Origin: Felis catus
Taxonomy: Eukaryota
Direction: 5' to 3'
NCBI RefSeq assembly: GCF_018350175.1
Contig: NC_058373.1
Location: 116,004,001 to 116,068,000, forward strand
DNA: 64,000 nt
The position numbers and the translations under genes are program-made. Under the pieces are notes generated by a model that saw nothing but the letters and a program-made list of their open reading frames with translations, did no database searches and was not told where the DNA came from. This document shows, piece by piece, positions 1 to 14,392 of this stretch. Every line of letters starts with the position of its first letter. The first letter of the stretch is position 1.

Positions 1-981
1 ACGGCTTCCCACTTTGCACCCCCTCTGCCACCACATGACTACATCTTTGGATCCAAATATATACTCAGAGTGGAGGCCACAGACGGGAACAAGCTTCCTC
101 TCCATCCAGCATGAGGCCTGCCTTCCCAAGTTCACAGCCTCCTCTGCTGAGGCTGACTGATGGTGGCTGAACTTACTCCCTTCAGGGAAGATCCTGCCCC
201 GGTCCATGGCCTTGGGAGACCACATAATCCAATCTCTATGTGGAAAAAAAAAAATCTCCACATAGAGGGAGATTTGTTTTACAGAAGCCCTTTTGATCTC
301 TGCCCTACCACTCCTGAGTGCCATCCCCAACAGAAGATACCTCACCATAAGTCACAGGGAGACAATTCCTTTCGAAGAGGAACCAATGAAACAATGGCAT
401 CTTTCTGTTAAGTGGCAACCATTTGTATTCATAGGCTGTTAGACTGCAATGGAGAGCACAGATTATTCAGCCAAGTGGAGGCCCCTCCCTTTACAGATAG
501 GAAACTGAGGCCCAGAAAGGGAAAGTGATTTTCATACTGTTGGCTAATGGCAGAAGTGGGACTAGAATCCAGTTTTTCGGATCCCCAGCCCAGTACTCTA
601 AAATATTGGCCCATTCCATATAGCAGAGCACTTAGGCTGTCGTATTGTAAACTTTAATTCACATGGAGACCAGGTTACAACAACGTGGAAGAATACTTCT
701 GAATCATCAGCGAACCCAAAATGACAGTCTTAGCCCTCCTGGATGAAGGGCTTTAACCACACGAGTGTGACAGGAGACGGAAAATATTTCAGAGGTTCCC
801 TAATGTTCTATCTCCTGGTTGCCTCTTAAACTGATCCCCCTCCCCTGTCTTTCTGCCTCCACTTGAGCCAACCTAGTCAAACCATTTCTTCATCCCAGGT
901 GACTAATAACAAAGTCCCAGATCCTAAACACAGTCCAGAAGGGTCTGGGTGTCCTGGTTTCATCTTACTTTTCCAGCTTTT

Positions 982-1183
982 TTAGAAAAATGTTTTTATT
1001 TTTGAGAGAGAGCGAGCATGTGCATACATGAGTGGGGGGAGGGACAGAGAGAAGGTGACAGACAATCTGAACAGGTTCTGCACTTTCCACACAGATCCTG
1101 AGGGGGGGCTTGAACCCACGCACCAGGAGATCATGACCTGAGCGGAAGTACGACGCTCAACTGACGGAGGCACCCAGGTGCCC
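982..1183 (-). mobile_element. Can-SINE
   Basis: T-rich tail, (GA)-rich tract, ATCATGACCTGAGC...CACCCAGGTGCCC head. Confidence 0.9.
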
Positions 1184-1383
1184 TCACCTTTCCTTCCTTT
1201 TACCCATCCTTTCCATCTCTCTGTTCCAACCAGGCGTGGTTCCCCAGAACTCCTCAAATAAGTCATTTGCCCCCCACCACCATCTCTTTCTCTAACAGAG
1301 CAAAGATAAGGTTCTGCCTAGAAAGAAAAGAAGAAGAAAAAGATTCTGCCTAGAAAGCTTTTTCTCCTTTCCACCACCGAGAT

Positions 1384-1580
1384 CACTGGTTCTCCAACAG
1401 AGGGGAATTTTACCCCCCACAGGACCTTTTGCAATATCTGGAGACATTGTTTTGTTCTCACAACTGGCATCCAGTGGGTAGAAGCCAGGGATGTTGCTAA
1501 ACATCATACAACGGGCAGGGCATTCCCCCACGACAGAAAATTATCCAGCCTAAGATGTTTTAGTGCTAAGTTGAGGAACA
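1384..1580 (+). mobile_element. MER20-like hAT relic
   Basis: CACTGGTTCTC...GCAATATCTGGAGACATT...TGGCATCCAGTGGGTAGAAGCCAGGGATGTTGCTAAACAT resembles the MER20 consensus. Confidence 0.75.
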
Positions 1581-3958
1581 ATCAGTCTTCAGAGCTTCAC
1601 TTAAATACCACTTCTTCCATGAAGTCCTCCCATGACACTGTATATTGGTTGAGGTCCCTTCCCCCTCAGTGTGTTCCCACTCTTCCCTTCTCCTTCTCCA
1701 TCTTGGCACATGGGAGTATCTGAGATCATGGAACCCGTGCCTTCCCCACCAGCCCATTAGCTCCAGGACAGAGTAGGTGTTTGGTTCACTACTGATCCCA
1801 GTGCCCAGTGCAGTCAGGGATTGCTTTTTGCCTTATTGACCCTACCACACAGAGAAAGGTGGTTTACGCAGGTGACGTGGCTTTTTCCAGGGCTTACTTG
1901 GGTTTTGGAGGGCTTCAAACACAGACCCACAGATACCCATGGTCAAGAGCACAGTCTGGGGATCCTGGCAGAAGTGGGTAAATATCATAATTCTACCACC
2001 TCCTAGTTGAGTGACTTTCAGTAAGTTACTTAATTTCTCTGGAACTGGGTTTCATCATTTGTAAGAAGCATAAAAATAGAACCTGCTTCATGGTTACCGT
2101 GAAGACGAAAAGGTGTGGTATACGTACGGTACTGAGCGCCATCTCTGACATGGGGTAAGGGATTAACCACTAAGAGGAAGAAAGGGCCGTGGGATAACGT
2201 GACCCATTCTAAAAGTCCACCATAATCCCCAGGCCCTGGGTGGTGGGCATAGCGACGTGGAAAGAACATCAGGAGACTGCCGATCAACCTCTCCTGAACT
2301 CTCTCCACTCCTTAGAGTATGCCTACAAACACCCCCTCTTACCTCTCCCTTGGGCTGGTTATATGAACCCTAAATAGCTCCCCACCCAACTAGAGGGGTG
2401 CCTAAAAATCACCTATAGGTAGGGCTGCAGGCAGCTCTCCAGACTGCCTCTTTCCCCCTCCCTCCTGGAGCCTCTTAAGAGCTCTGGCCTGGCACCCCAG
2501 GTTTCTCGTCTGGATCCCACCTCTCTGGCCAGCCTTCAGACGGCAGCCCATTTAGACCCAACTCTAGCTCTCTCTGTCTTCCTGGGCTCCGCCTGTGGTG
2601 CCAGCTGGGGCTCCACCCCCTTACCAGCCTGGCCCCACCTCCCACCCGGTCTGAGCCCTGGTCCACAGTCGGGTATCACAGTTCCCAGCGGATCTGGCTC
2701 AGCAGGGGAATTTGCAACACTTGCACGGAACGATTCCCAGAATTTGATTGCTATCCTTCCTTTTGCCCCGGAGGAGGAGGATCTTTTCCATTCCCAGCCC
2801 TCTTTGCTTCCTTTCCCCAACACCCCACCCTCATTTTAGACATTCAAAAGCTGTTTTTAAAAGAGACAAAGGTCCACTTCCTACGCTGCTCAGGTCAGCA
2901 AACAGAAGTGTCCGTCTGAAGATGGACGGCTAGATGGGAAGAGGGTGGCCCCGCCCGGGCAGTGAGGATGCCAAATGAGGCATGTGGGAACCAGACCGGA
3001 AATCCTTTAGCTCTGGGAGCAGGTGTGGGAGCCGAGTCCCACACGGGTAGCCATGCACAGGAACCCCCTTGAGAGAAACCCCTCCCTGTCCACAGAGCCC
3101 TGTGAGCAGCTGGGCGGACTCCAACGGCTTGTGGGTGGAGAGGGGTCCCCACAGCTGATGGAGGAGAGGAGGAGGCTGGTGGCAGGAGCTCCGCCGGATG
3201 GACCCCTGGCCACCAGCCCTCCTGGTTCTCTGTGACCCAAGCCGCCCACTCCCAAGGGACTAGCAGGCCTGTCACTTCTGTCAACTCCTTTGGCTTTCTG
3301 CCCCGGGGGGCCTGTGGAACCTGATGGGTCAGTTTCTAGATCTAGGCCGACTCACTTTCCACTTCCTGGTTCTCACACCTTCAACCTGAGAGAGACTGTG
3401 TGGTGCCCCTCCCCCTCAGCCTACAAGAGGGATGTGGTTTTTTTGCTTTGGGGTTTTATTTTTGCCCAGAATGCCCAGTGAAAGGGCATTAGGTCTCCTA
3501 CTCAGCAATTTTGACCCCTGGGGGGTTGTTTAAAGGATCAAAACAGCTGAAGTTAGACCCCTGAAGATTTCAATCACTGACTTGTCTCCATCCCAAAGAG
3601 ACGATGCTTCGTCTCATGTAGGATAAATGGGAGCACAAGGCCTGGAGGTCCGCGTTCTCTCACCACCACCCAGTCTGGTCTTGGCGGGAAGAGCACTTTT
3701 GTTTCCTACGTCTCTTTTTATTCTCTCTTTATTCACTTCCAAGAAGCAGACGGGTGTCTTTCCCCCTGCCCTGCATCCCATTTTTTGGCAATGCCTCCGT
3801 CATGTGTAAGACCATCTTTGCTCACTGCCTCCTAAACATTTGAGTGATCGCACGGAGGGGGAGGTAGCTAGCTCAGCAGGGCTGGGAGTAGGGTGAGGCA
3901 GGGAGGCCCCTGGGCACACGAGGAAAGAGGGCATCACTCTCCAGGTTCTCACGCGCTT

Positions 3959-3997
3959 CCTGACCCTGACCCTGACCCTGACCCTGACCCTGGCCCT
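3959..3997. repeat. (TGACCC)5 hexamer tandem repeat
   Basis: Five perfect TGACCC units at 3961-3990 plus one degenerate unit. Confidence 0.95.
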
Positions 3998-4624
3998 CTG
4001 GCTGATTTCTGGTGAGAGAAAGTTTCAAGGAGGGATGATTTACTCAGAGATGGCTGATAGAGAATAGGAACGGGCCCCACCATGGGTACCTGCCAGCCTC
4101 AGCAGGGACACGGGGCCTCGCGGGTCCAGAGGTGTGCCCTGTACAATCTGGGAACTGGCCCATCAAAAGGTCCCTGCTCCCAGGAACTGCAAAGACAAAC
4201 TCGTATGAAAGGGAACTTGAAGAAAGTCAGAGGCCGTTGTCCCTGAAGGGGTGCAGGGTTGAAAAGAATTGTAAGAATATTAAATAACACTTTGGGTACT
4301 TACTGTGTACCAAGCCCCGTGTTAAATACTTTATGGCCATTATTTTAGAAAATCCCCTCACCAACTCAATAAAGAACTTGGGCTGTGGAGCCTGGCAGCT
4401 TAGATTTAAATTTCAGCCTTGCCTCTCTCATGTTATGTGACCTTGGGAAATGACCTGATCTTTCTGGGCCTCAGCTTCCTCATCTGTAAAATGGGAAGAA
4501 GAGTAGGACCTACCTCATGGTATCCCGAGGATCATGTCAGGGAATACAAGCAGTGACACAAGCGCCCCGCACAAGGTGAGCACTTGACAAGTATTAGCCA
4601 CAGTTAGCATTGTTATTGCTTCTT

Positions 4625-5388
4625 GGAGCTTATCCCTAGGGCTGCCACCACAAAAGTCTCGTAAGCTGGCGGCGTAAACGATGGAAATTTCTCGCGTCAG
4701 AGTTCCAGATCAAGGTGAGGGCTGTGAGGGAGAATCTGCCCCATGCTCCTCTCCTACTTTCTGGTGACCTCGAGCATTCCTTGGCTAATAGATGGCCATG
4801 TTTTCCCTGTGTCGCTTCATGTCGTCTGAGCTCCGTGTGTTTCTGTCTCTGTGTCCGAACTTCCCCTTGTCTTAGTCTGTTTGGGCTGCTGTAACAATAG
4901 CATGGATCAGGTGGCTCTAACAACACAGTTATTCCTCACAGTTCTGAAGGCTGGGAAGTCCAAGATCAAGGTAGTAGATTTGGTGTCTGGTGAGAGTCTG
5001 CTTCCTAGTTCACAGACAGCCATCCTCTCGCTGTGTCCTCACGTGGCAGAAGGGGCAAGGGGGCTCTCTAAGGTCTCTTCTAAGAGCACTAATGCCAGTC
5101 ATGAGGGTGCCACCCTCATGACCTAGCCACCTCCAAATACCATCTCACCGGGGACTGGTTTTCAACATATGAATTTGGGGGGGGAACATAGACATTCAGT
5201 CTATAGTGTGTTTTTTTATGAAGACTCCAGTCATATTGGATTAGGACCCACTCCAACGACCTTACTTTAACTTGATTACCTTTTTTGTAAAGGTCCTATT
5301 TCCAAGTAAGTCACATTCTGATGTACTGGGAGTTAGAATAGGACTCCAACATATCTTTCTGGAGGGGACACAATTCGACCCATAATGC
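4625..5388 (-). mobile_element. MaLR MLT1-type LTR interrupted by a second MaLR LTR at 4868-5208
   Basis: Outer: CCTAGGGCTGCC... resuming as ...CAGTCATATTGGATTAGGACCC...GTCACATTCTGA...GGACACAATTC. Inner: TGTCTTAGTCTGTTTGGGCTGCTGTAAC...GGCTGGGAAGTCCAAGATCAAGG...ATGAATTTGGGGG...CATTCAGTC. Confidence 0.75.
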
Positions 5389-5558
5389 CACGCCAGGTAA
5401 CTCACTTAAGGTCACACAGCTTGCTGGTCATGAAACTGAGCCCGAGGACCCTGGATCATTTGATGACAAATCCCATGTGAAGCCCCAACGCGACTAAACC
5501 TTTTCTGGGCAGGGAGAAAGAACCAGAGAGAGACATTCTGAGTCTGCTGTGTTCATAA

Positions 5559-5909
<351 letters not shown>

Positions 5910-7659
5910 TAGAATATGGAATTCTTTGTTTTGTTTTTTGGTTTTTTTTTTTTTTCCAACCCAGGATCCGGCTCTTTTCACTTACTCAATAAATACATAC
6001 TGAATTTTTAGTGCATGCCACAGTTTGTGCTGGGCGCCAGGGATGTGACTGAGAAGGTATAGTCCCCCCTTGTGAGGATCTCGCGCTCCACTTGGCGAGA
6101 CAGAATATGAACGGATGCTCTTTGGCGCTGGGCTCGGCATCTTACGGGAAGTGTGCTCTGACTTCTCTGGTCAAGTGCCGTTTCTTAGAACCTGCATTAC
6201 CTGGACCACCCACTTAAATTCATGTCCACCAGCTCAGCCATGCATTCATTCCACGGATATTTATTGAGCGGGTCCAATGGGTCAGGAAGTATTGCGTAGA
6301 TAGCGAACCAAAGGAAGCTGCTACCTTCAAGGGGTTTCTTACGTTATGACGGAGGAAGATGGACAGTAAACAAATGGACAGATAATGTAATATTTAGTAG
6401 TGGTAAGTGCTAGGAGGACAATAAAGCAGTGTAAAAGAATCAGGAGTAAAGGGGGGTGCTGTTTTAGGCCGGGTCGTCAGGAAGAGCCTCTTTGAGGAGG
6501 TAACCGGTGGCATTACTATGTTTGCCTTGAGTTTGACTTGATGTTGCCATGGTTGTTCACGTGGCTGATTTTTTAAAAAATGCGATTCTCCTTCAAAAAG
6601 TCTTTAAGAACCTCAGGACCAGTTTGCCAACGTCCAAATGTATACTTTTCTCCCCATAGTTCGAAAGAACACCCCTATCTTTCCTTTTATGTGCTGTTGA
6701 TTTGTTTTCTGCATATGAATTGTGTTCTATAGCACAGACTAAGGGAGACGTGAGGACGAAGGACTCGTTTAACAGAATTTTCTGGGACGCTTCTATATGC
6801 CAGCACCGTTCTAGATGCTACCGCTGGCATTTTTGAGTAGTAGACGACATCCATTTCTGCTTCCTGAAGTGTCGCATCCCAGGCAGCCCCGAAGCCCTTG
6901 TATCGCGGTGCGCGTAGAGCTAGGTGGCTGTTCCCTGCCATGCCCCAGTCACTAATTCAATGCCTGACATTGGGGGGGGGGGGGAATGCCCCATTTGTGG
7001 CGAGGTGGTGCCTGACCTTACTGATCAAGACAAATATTTAAGACAATGAAGCAGAGTCATTTTAAACTCTTCGATTGGAAAACATTTACATTCCCTCAAT
7101 ATGTATCGCTCATTGGATGAAGCGCTTTTAGACTTACCTATTTTGGTCCTCGCAACAATTTTGTGAAGAAGGCACCATGATCCCCAGGGGAGGCAGGCTG
7201 CCGAGTCAGGTGCACCACTGACCGCGCGTCTCCTTGGGCGTCTTAATCTCTCCAGGGCTCAGCTCTCCCTTTTGTCACGGTGAGGATGATGCCAGGTACT
7301 CGAGATGATTGTAACGAGGGTTAAATGGATAATGAAGGTAGCAAGCGCGGCCCAAAGTAGGCATTTGAAAAATGGAGGCTGTTTCCTGCGGATGAGACAG
7401 GAGGCTCAGAGAAGTTGGTAACTTGCCTGAGGTGAAACCCCAGAGTCTCCACCAGCTGTGCTGACTCAGCACCACTGGGATCTGCTGCTGCCTGGGAGTA
7501 AGTGGAGGGAGTCCCCCGCTCTCCTCTCCTTCCCGTCTGCCCCCTGGGTCCCAGTGACCCGTCCACATTCGGTAGGGGCGGTGGAGGGGAGGCCGGACTC
7601 CTGGTCGCCCCCTCAGGCTCCGTGATCTGCAGACACAGCTTTGACCTGAATCTGCGTAG

Positions 7660-7794
<135 letters not shown>

Positions 7795-8645
7795 CCAGGG
7801 CACCTCCCTAGAGCTGCACCTGCGCCAGACCCGGGACTTCAGGCGAAGAGCCCGATGAAGAGCCCCTCCTGGGTTTTGTTCCCTTCTCCCCACTTCTTCC
7901 GGCTCCCCCTCCTTCCTCCTGCTACTCCTCCACAATCTGTCTGCTCCCGGTGTGAAGAGAAGGAGACCCACAGTTTGGGAATCTGGTCGGTTGCCCGCAA
8001 TGGAGAGTCCCCTTCTCTAGTAGGTCAGCTACTGAGAGGGACCTCACTTCTTCGGGGACAGCTGGAGAGGACTCTTACGGGCTGGGAATGCTGTTGCAGC
8101 CTTGACTTTGGCCAGTGCTTCTGACGGAGGCAGAGCCTGGTAGGTGTACCGTCCCAGAGGCAGCAGGCACGGAGACCACGGGCTGGACCCCTCCACGCTT
8201 TCCCAACACGCCAGAGCATCTCCAGGCAACCGTGTCGAATGCGGGGATGAGACAAACACCAGAAGCATCGGTTAAGCCAACAGACCCTGAATTTGTACAC
8301 TGGATTCCCCACCGCGACCCCCCGTAACCTCAGCCCCTGCCTCCCTCCCTCACTTGTTGTCTCGGCTTTCTTCTCTCCCCCGCCTTGGGGATCTGAGACT
8401 CTGCCAGGTTTCACATGCCACTGAAGCCCACTCTCAGTGCCCTCTGGTGACCACACATACCATTCTGCCATACTCCCACCCAGCAGGCAGCTGTGACAGC
8501 AGAGGGGCAGGGTGAAGTGGGCCCGGGGCCGACCGCATAGGTGACGGAGGGGAGGGGAGCTGACGCCTAGGGGAAGGAGCATTGTATGGACTGGGGATCG
8601 AACTGTGGACCGAGTGTAAATAAAGATACATTCACGGGCAGCAGT
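7795..8645 (+). other. TTC9: TTC9 3' UTR, minimal extent to the first AATAAA; may extend further
   Basis: Follows the stop codon; first canonical AATAAA at 8619-8624. The true end cannot be fixed from sequence. Confidence 0.55.
8619..8624 (+). terminator. Candidate proximal polyadenylation signal of TTC9
   Basis: AATAAA followed ~25 nt later by U/GU-rich TTCCTGTCATTTCTGTTG. Confidence 0.5.
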
Positions 8646-11019
8646 TCCTGTCATTTCTGTTGGGAGCGGCCCACTCTCTCACTGTCCCTCCCTCCCCCAA
8701 CTCTCAGAGCTACTTCCAGCCGGGCAGGACTGGCTTCCCCCACAGCAATGGGCCGTTTGTCCGGTGGTGAACAATGTGGGCCGCCGCCTTTGTGCAGTAG
8801 AGTGGGCTGGTGTCGTGGAGACTGCCCAGGGACTTGGCTTTGTGGGAACTTGCACGGCCTCCTTGTGATGAAATTATCTGGACTCAATATCTAGCACATA
8901 GAATGTGTTCAACAAATATTTGTTGAATGAATAAATTATGACTGCAGACTGGCTCCCTCCTGCCTTAAACGAATTTTATCCCAGCCTAGTCTCCCGATAT
9001 CGACGCTCTTTACGCTATGCCATGATGCTCCAGTCAAATAAGAAGCATTTACTGAGGGCTTACTGTTTGCCCATCGTCGTGCAATACACTGTGGGACATA
9101 GGATGTAGTCCCAGTCTTTAAGGAGGTGCAAGAGTTGAGAAATACTCCTATGAGATGATCACCACTGACACCTTTAATTTATATGATGCTTTAAATTTTT
9201 CAAAGCACTTTCGTGTATTTTTTTGTGTGACTAGTGAGACAATATTGTACAAATTAAAATATATACAGATGCAATAATGTTAATAGTTAGCATTTATTAA
9301 ATGCACTGTCCTCAGATCTTTACATGTATAATCTCATTTCTTTCATGCAGTTACCCCACGAGACACTATTTCCATTAGGTGGAGAAGGAAATTGAAAACC
9401 AGACACAGTAACTATCCCAAGGTTACATGGCCCCAAGGGGCATAGCTAGGATTTGAACCAGGTCTGTCTGACTCCAGAGCTCTGGCCACTAACTACTCTG
9501 TAGTCGGTAGCAGGTGCTCTACAAAGTGTTATATTGAGCGGTTACAACCAGTCGAGAGCAGGACAGTGTGTATTAGGTTGAAAAGCCTTGACTGTGCCAA
9601 TGGTATAGTAGGTACCACACGTGGGCTGCCTCTTGTATTTAGCTCAAGGTTAAAAAAAGGTCCCTAACACTAGGCTCCCCAGTGGTCCGGGTGGGGACGG
9701 GCCAGGAAAAGACATCTGAGACCTAGCAGTTATTTCTGCGTATCGTTCATTCTATTTTCTGATGTCAGCACATATCCCAACCCACCTAGCATTCCCCCAG
9801 CCATCGGGGAAGATTCACAATTATAGGTAGAGATTGAAAGGAAACACAAAGGTAATTATGGGTTATTTGTGTAATCAGAGGCTCTACCACTAAAGGATCT
9901 AATCACCGCTGAGGGGCCCCGGAGCCAGAAGCCCAGGTTATATTCACACAGCTCCTGAAAGGCTTCCGGCCAGGGTTCGAGAAGGTGCTAGGAATCTCTA
10001 GGGGGGTTCGTAGTTGCTTGCCGGTAGCTCACCTCTGGGGAAGAGGAGAGGCTGCCACATTCTCCCCCACGCCTACCATATCCTTGCCTCTGCCCTCTTC
10101 TTCCAGGGTGGTTTCACATGTTCCCAGATCAGAGCCATCCCACAGCATACGCAACATAGGCACGTGTGTAAAACTCCCCTGTTCCCAAGCTTCCAGCCCG
10201 GAAGGCTTGTGAGTTGGCCAACTGCTTGTCAGGGTCTGAAGGTTGAGGATGAGGTCAGAGGTGGACTGCAGAACCAGTTCCAGCCAGCACGGTCATCCTT
10301 TGCTCCCTCGTGCCATCAGGAAGGATTTGGACTTAACTGCTCCAACATGGAGCAGGAGAGAGGGTCTTGCCTCATCCAGTAAGTTGGGGCAGGGCTGGAC
10401 AGGTGGGGATAAGACTGTTGCCATCCTTCTAAAGAGAAATGTGGGAAACCAGATTGTCTGGTGATTCACACATACGTGCTTACTGGAGTCCATTCACTGT
10501 GACCCAAAGATAAGTGATCCCAAAGTAAAAAGCTGCCTTGGCCGTGTTGTTTGATGTTTGGGGCGGAGGGATTGAGTTTGCTGTGCGTTTGTCCAACAGG
10601 GACTTAAGAGAGCGAGTAAGCAAAATCAGGTCTATTCACCTTAGCAGACCTTCAGCTTCCTTCTCCCATCCCTCCCCCAAGCAGGGACTGTGATCACATG
10701 CTTTGTTTGCAGATGTCCCTGAACTAGACCTGGAGCACTAAACCTGGATGTGACCTGCTTCGTCATCCTGCTTGGACTTTTGTGATAGACTCTTTGGGGG
10801 GGGAGGGGGGGGGGAGAATTGTACTTTTCTTGTTATTGCTAGGAAAGCCTCACGTGTGTATTGTGGAAAATTTAGGGAGGGCGGGGGAGACAAACTCCAA
10901 CTCGTCATCCTACCACCCAAGACAAACATAGCTACCCTTTTGGACTCATCGTTAAGTTCTTTTTGGTATAAATGTAGACGTGCCCGTGCAGGGTTGTTTC
11001 TTTTTTTAAAGACAAAAAC

Positions 11020-11970
11020 TGGAGTACAGTGTATATACTCTTCAGTAACTTGCTTTTCAAAATGTGTATTTCTATTTCAGAATATGTAATACATGCACAG
11101 AGACAAAATTCAAAAAGGGCAAAAAGCTCTACAGCAAGAAGTAAATCTCCTTTCCACCCTGTCTGCCAGCATCTAGTTCCCTCCAATTACTCGTGCTGTA
11201 CATCCTTCCAAAAACACTTATGCATTTTCAAATATATGCGTATATATTCTTTTGTCACACACAAATGGTCGCACATCAGACACACTGTTTTGTACTTTGT
11301 ACTCCTTCACTTCCTATACCATGGACGAAACATTTTTTTGTATGTCTCTCCAACTTTTTCAGCAGCACCTCCATTACGTGGATGGGCTCTCATCTGGTAA
11401 CCAATCTCCTAATAGCGATTATTTTCATTCGTTCTCAATCTTGACTGTAAATAATGTTGCAGCAGACATTCTTGTAGCTAAATTTTGCATACACCGATGG
11501 CCATTTCCTTGGGATAAAATCCAAGAAGGAAATTGCTTGGCTACCTTTAAGAATTTTGTTATATGTTGCCGACTGCCCTCCAGAAAGTTTGTACTACACT
11601 TTGCACTCTCCTGTTTGCAGACCTGAGAGTGCCCTGTTCCCCGCACCCTCACTAATAGTGGGTACTGTCGCTTGCCAAACCTTTCCCAGTTCGGTAGGAA
11701 AATAACGTTATGTCAGTGTTATTTGAACTCACGCTTCTTCAATTATTAGTGAATAGCATCTTCAAATGCCTACTGACCATTTGTACTTGTTTCTTTGTGA
11801 TTTTTCTATTTATTTGATATTGCTATGTTTATCTTTATTACCAATTTGTAATTTTATTAAGAACGTTATTTTTGGCAAGAAACATCCCAAATAGGCTTTC
11901 CAAGTGCTTTGCTTTCAAATTTTGTTTATGGTGCTTTTTGACACACATAAATTCTTAATTCTGCAACTAA
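11020..11970 (-). mobile_element. Old L1M 3'-region fragment
   Basis: AT-rich; motifs such as ATTTCCTTGGGATAAAAT...GGAAATTGCT and TGCCGACTGCCCTCCAGAAAG typical of antisense ancient L1 3' ends. Confidence 0.6.
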
Positions 11971-11984
11971 TTTGTTTCTCTGTT

Positions 11985-12570
11985 GCCACCTCCTTCTGCC
12001 TGCGGTCCACCCTGTCATTTCTGTGAGAGTTCCTCTTCCAGAACACGGTCTGATTATGTCATTCCACAGCTTAAAAATCTTAAGCATAGCACACAAGGTT
12101 CCCTAGGTAATTTCTCCCGCTGACTCTTCCAGGCTGCCCTCCTGGTCCTCTTCCAACGGTATCCTATGGTCCACAGTCACACAGCCCCTTGTGATTCTCC
12201 AAACTCACTGCTTTGGGTCTCTGGGCCTTTCCATGCTGTTCCTTCTGCCTAGTAGGCCATGCCTCAGCCCTCCAATCCCCTCTTTGTCTTGCTAACTCCT
12301 ATAGGACTCCGCCAAGGCATCACCGCTCAAAAGCTTTCCCTGACCCCGTGGTCTGTACTTCTAAAGCAACATAAGCCTACCTGTGGGTAGCATTTGCTAC
12401 AAAGAATTGGACCTTCCTACTGATGTTTGTCTCGCTCACTCCCTGCACGTTCCTCAAGACAGGTGCTATGGTTTATTCACCTTTGCAGCCCGAATGCTGA
12501 GCACAATGCCTGGCACACAGTAAGTGCTCGATAAATACTAAGCCCTGAGCCTGGAATGAACGGTTAATGG
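11985..12570 (+). mobile_element. L2 3' fragment
   Basis: CATGCTGTTCCTTCTGCCT...GCACAATGCCTGGCACACAGTAAGTGCTCGATAAATAC, an L2 3' terminus. Confidence 0.65.
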
Positions 12571-14194
12571 ATTCAGTGGCAAATGTTACTTGGGGTAAAT
12601 GCAGGCCTGGACTGGATCTGTGCTTCTGAAAACGGAGGAACTGTAGGAGGCTCAGGTTGGAAGAGAAGCCACGTGCCCCAGTGCTGTGCTTCCCAAAACA
12701 TCAGAATCACTTGAAGTAGCTTTTTAAAAACACATAATCTCAGCCTCTGCCTTAGACCCACTGAATCAGACGCCTGGGGATAATACTCAGGATACTATAG
12801 TTTTTAAAAAATATCCTGGGGTGCTTCCAACGACCCGCCTGGTGAAGGAGTGCTGTGAGCTAGACCAACAGACAAATCAGAGCACCCAGACACACGGAGC
12901 TTTGTTTGAATACCAGTTTTGACACCCACTCGCTGTGTGACCTTGGGGCAGTTGCTTGACTTTTCTGATCCTCATTTTCCTCCCCTATATATGGGGATAA
13001 TTTTATATCCCTTAAAAGGTTATCAGTAGGATTAAGAAGCAGGCGTCTCCTAGCCCAGTGACCAGTACAGGCTAAGCGTGGAATAAACATTCATTTTCTT
13101 CCCTCCTCCTGGTGAGCCCCAGTTTCCTCAGTTATGGTATGGCTAATACCGGTATGTTCATCCTCCATTTTCCCACACTGCACTCTAGAAGGAAGGAACT
13201 CCCAGTAGGCTCTCAGATTACTCTCTACTCAAATAGGACACGTACTTGGTGGGGGTGGGGGTGGGGTAGAGGGGCGTGCAGAGGAAGCCACTTACTTTCT
13301 CACATGCCCTCTCCCAAAATATCAGAGACTGCACAGCAATCAGTTGGAACAATCCTGCTGGTTTTCAGAACCAAGTATCTTCCAGTCCCATCCAAAGATC
13401 AATCCAGTTTTCTCCCTGTGGTTCCACCCAGAGGCCAGTGGCTTCTGGGCTGTAAGAGGATGGCGACCATCAGGAAAGAGAGTAGGCCTTGCCTGTTTCC
13501 TTCCAGTGCCCTGGGATCCTACTCCCATGCCTCAGGGCAGGAGAGAGAAAAAATGGCTGTGAGCCGGAAGTAGCTGATCTGCAGCTGCTCTGTGAAGGTG
13601 CCCCCGGCATCCTCACCTACATGCCCTCTCCCCCCAGCCCCGAGCGGGCTGCACAGACAGGGAAAGTGCATTCAGCCCATCAGGAATGACAGAGTTCAAA
13701 TTACCAAGTCAGCATGAAAAGTCCCACTCTAAATGGACTGAAATTGGATTCTATTAAAAACCACACTCAGTGAGGCCCTTGGCTATTAATATTTGCTAAG
13801 ACATGGAGGAGGGGGAGGAGGCAGAGGCCCCTGCAAAAGGTCGGGGATCTCAGCTGTTCAACTGAATTGCTTGTCTGGAAGCAAGCCTGCAACTGAAAGC
13901 CAGTTAGCCTTTTTTTTTCTAACATCTCACAGAATATCAGGGCTGGGAGTAGTCTTAAATCTCACCAGTTTAGCCTTTCATCTGACAGCCGACGGATCAA
14001 GTCCAGGGAAGGTAAGTGACTATTCAAGGTCACACAGCTAGTCAGTAACAAAGCCAGAACTGGAACTAGGTCAGTTTTCTGACAACAAATTTAATATTCT
14101 GTCCACTGAACCAAAATGCACTTATATAGACAGCACCTGTCTTAAAAAAAAAAAAAAAAAAAAGAAAGTAATGCTGTAAAATTATTCTCCTCGA

Positions 14195-14362
14195 GGGGAG
14201 CCTGGGCAGCTCAGTGGGTTAAGCATCTGACTCTTGATTTCAGCTCAGGTCATGAGATCGAGCCCCACATTGGGCTCTGCAGTGGCAGCATGGAGCCTGC
14301 TTGGGTTTCTCTCTCTCCCTCTCTTTCTGCCCCTCCCCCCTCAAAATAAATAAACTCAAAAA
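14195..14362 (+). mobile_element. Can-SINE, older subfamily
   Basis: GGGGAGCCTGGG...CTCAGTGGGTTAAGC head, CT tract, AAATAAATAAA tail. Confidence 0.9.
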
Positions 14363-14392
14363 CCAAATTCTCTCCTAGAGAAAGAAGGAACA

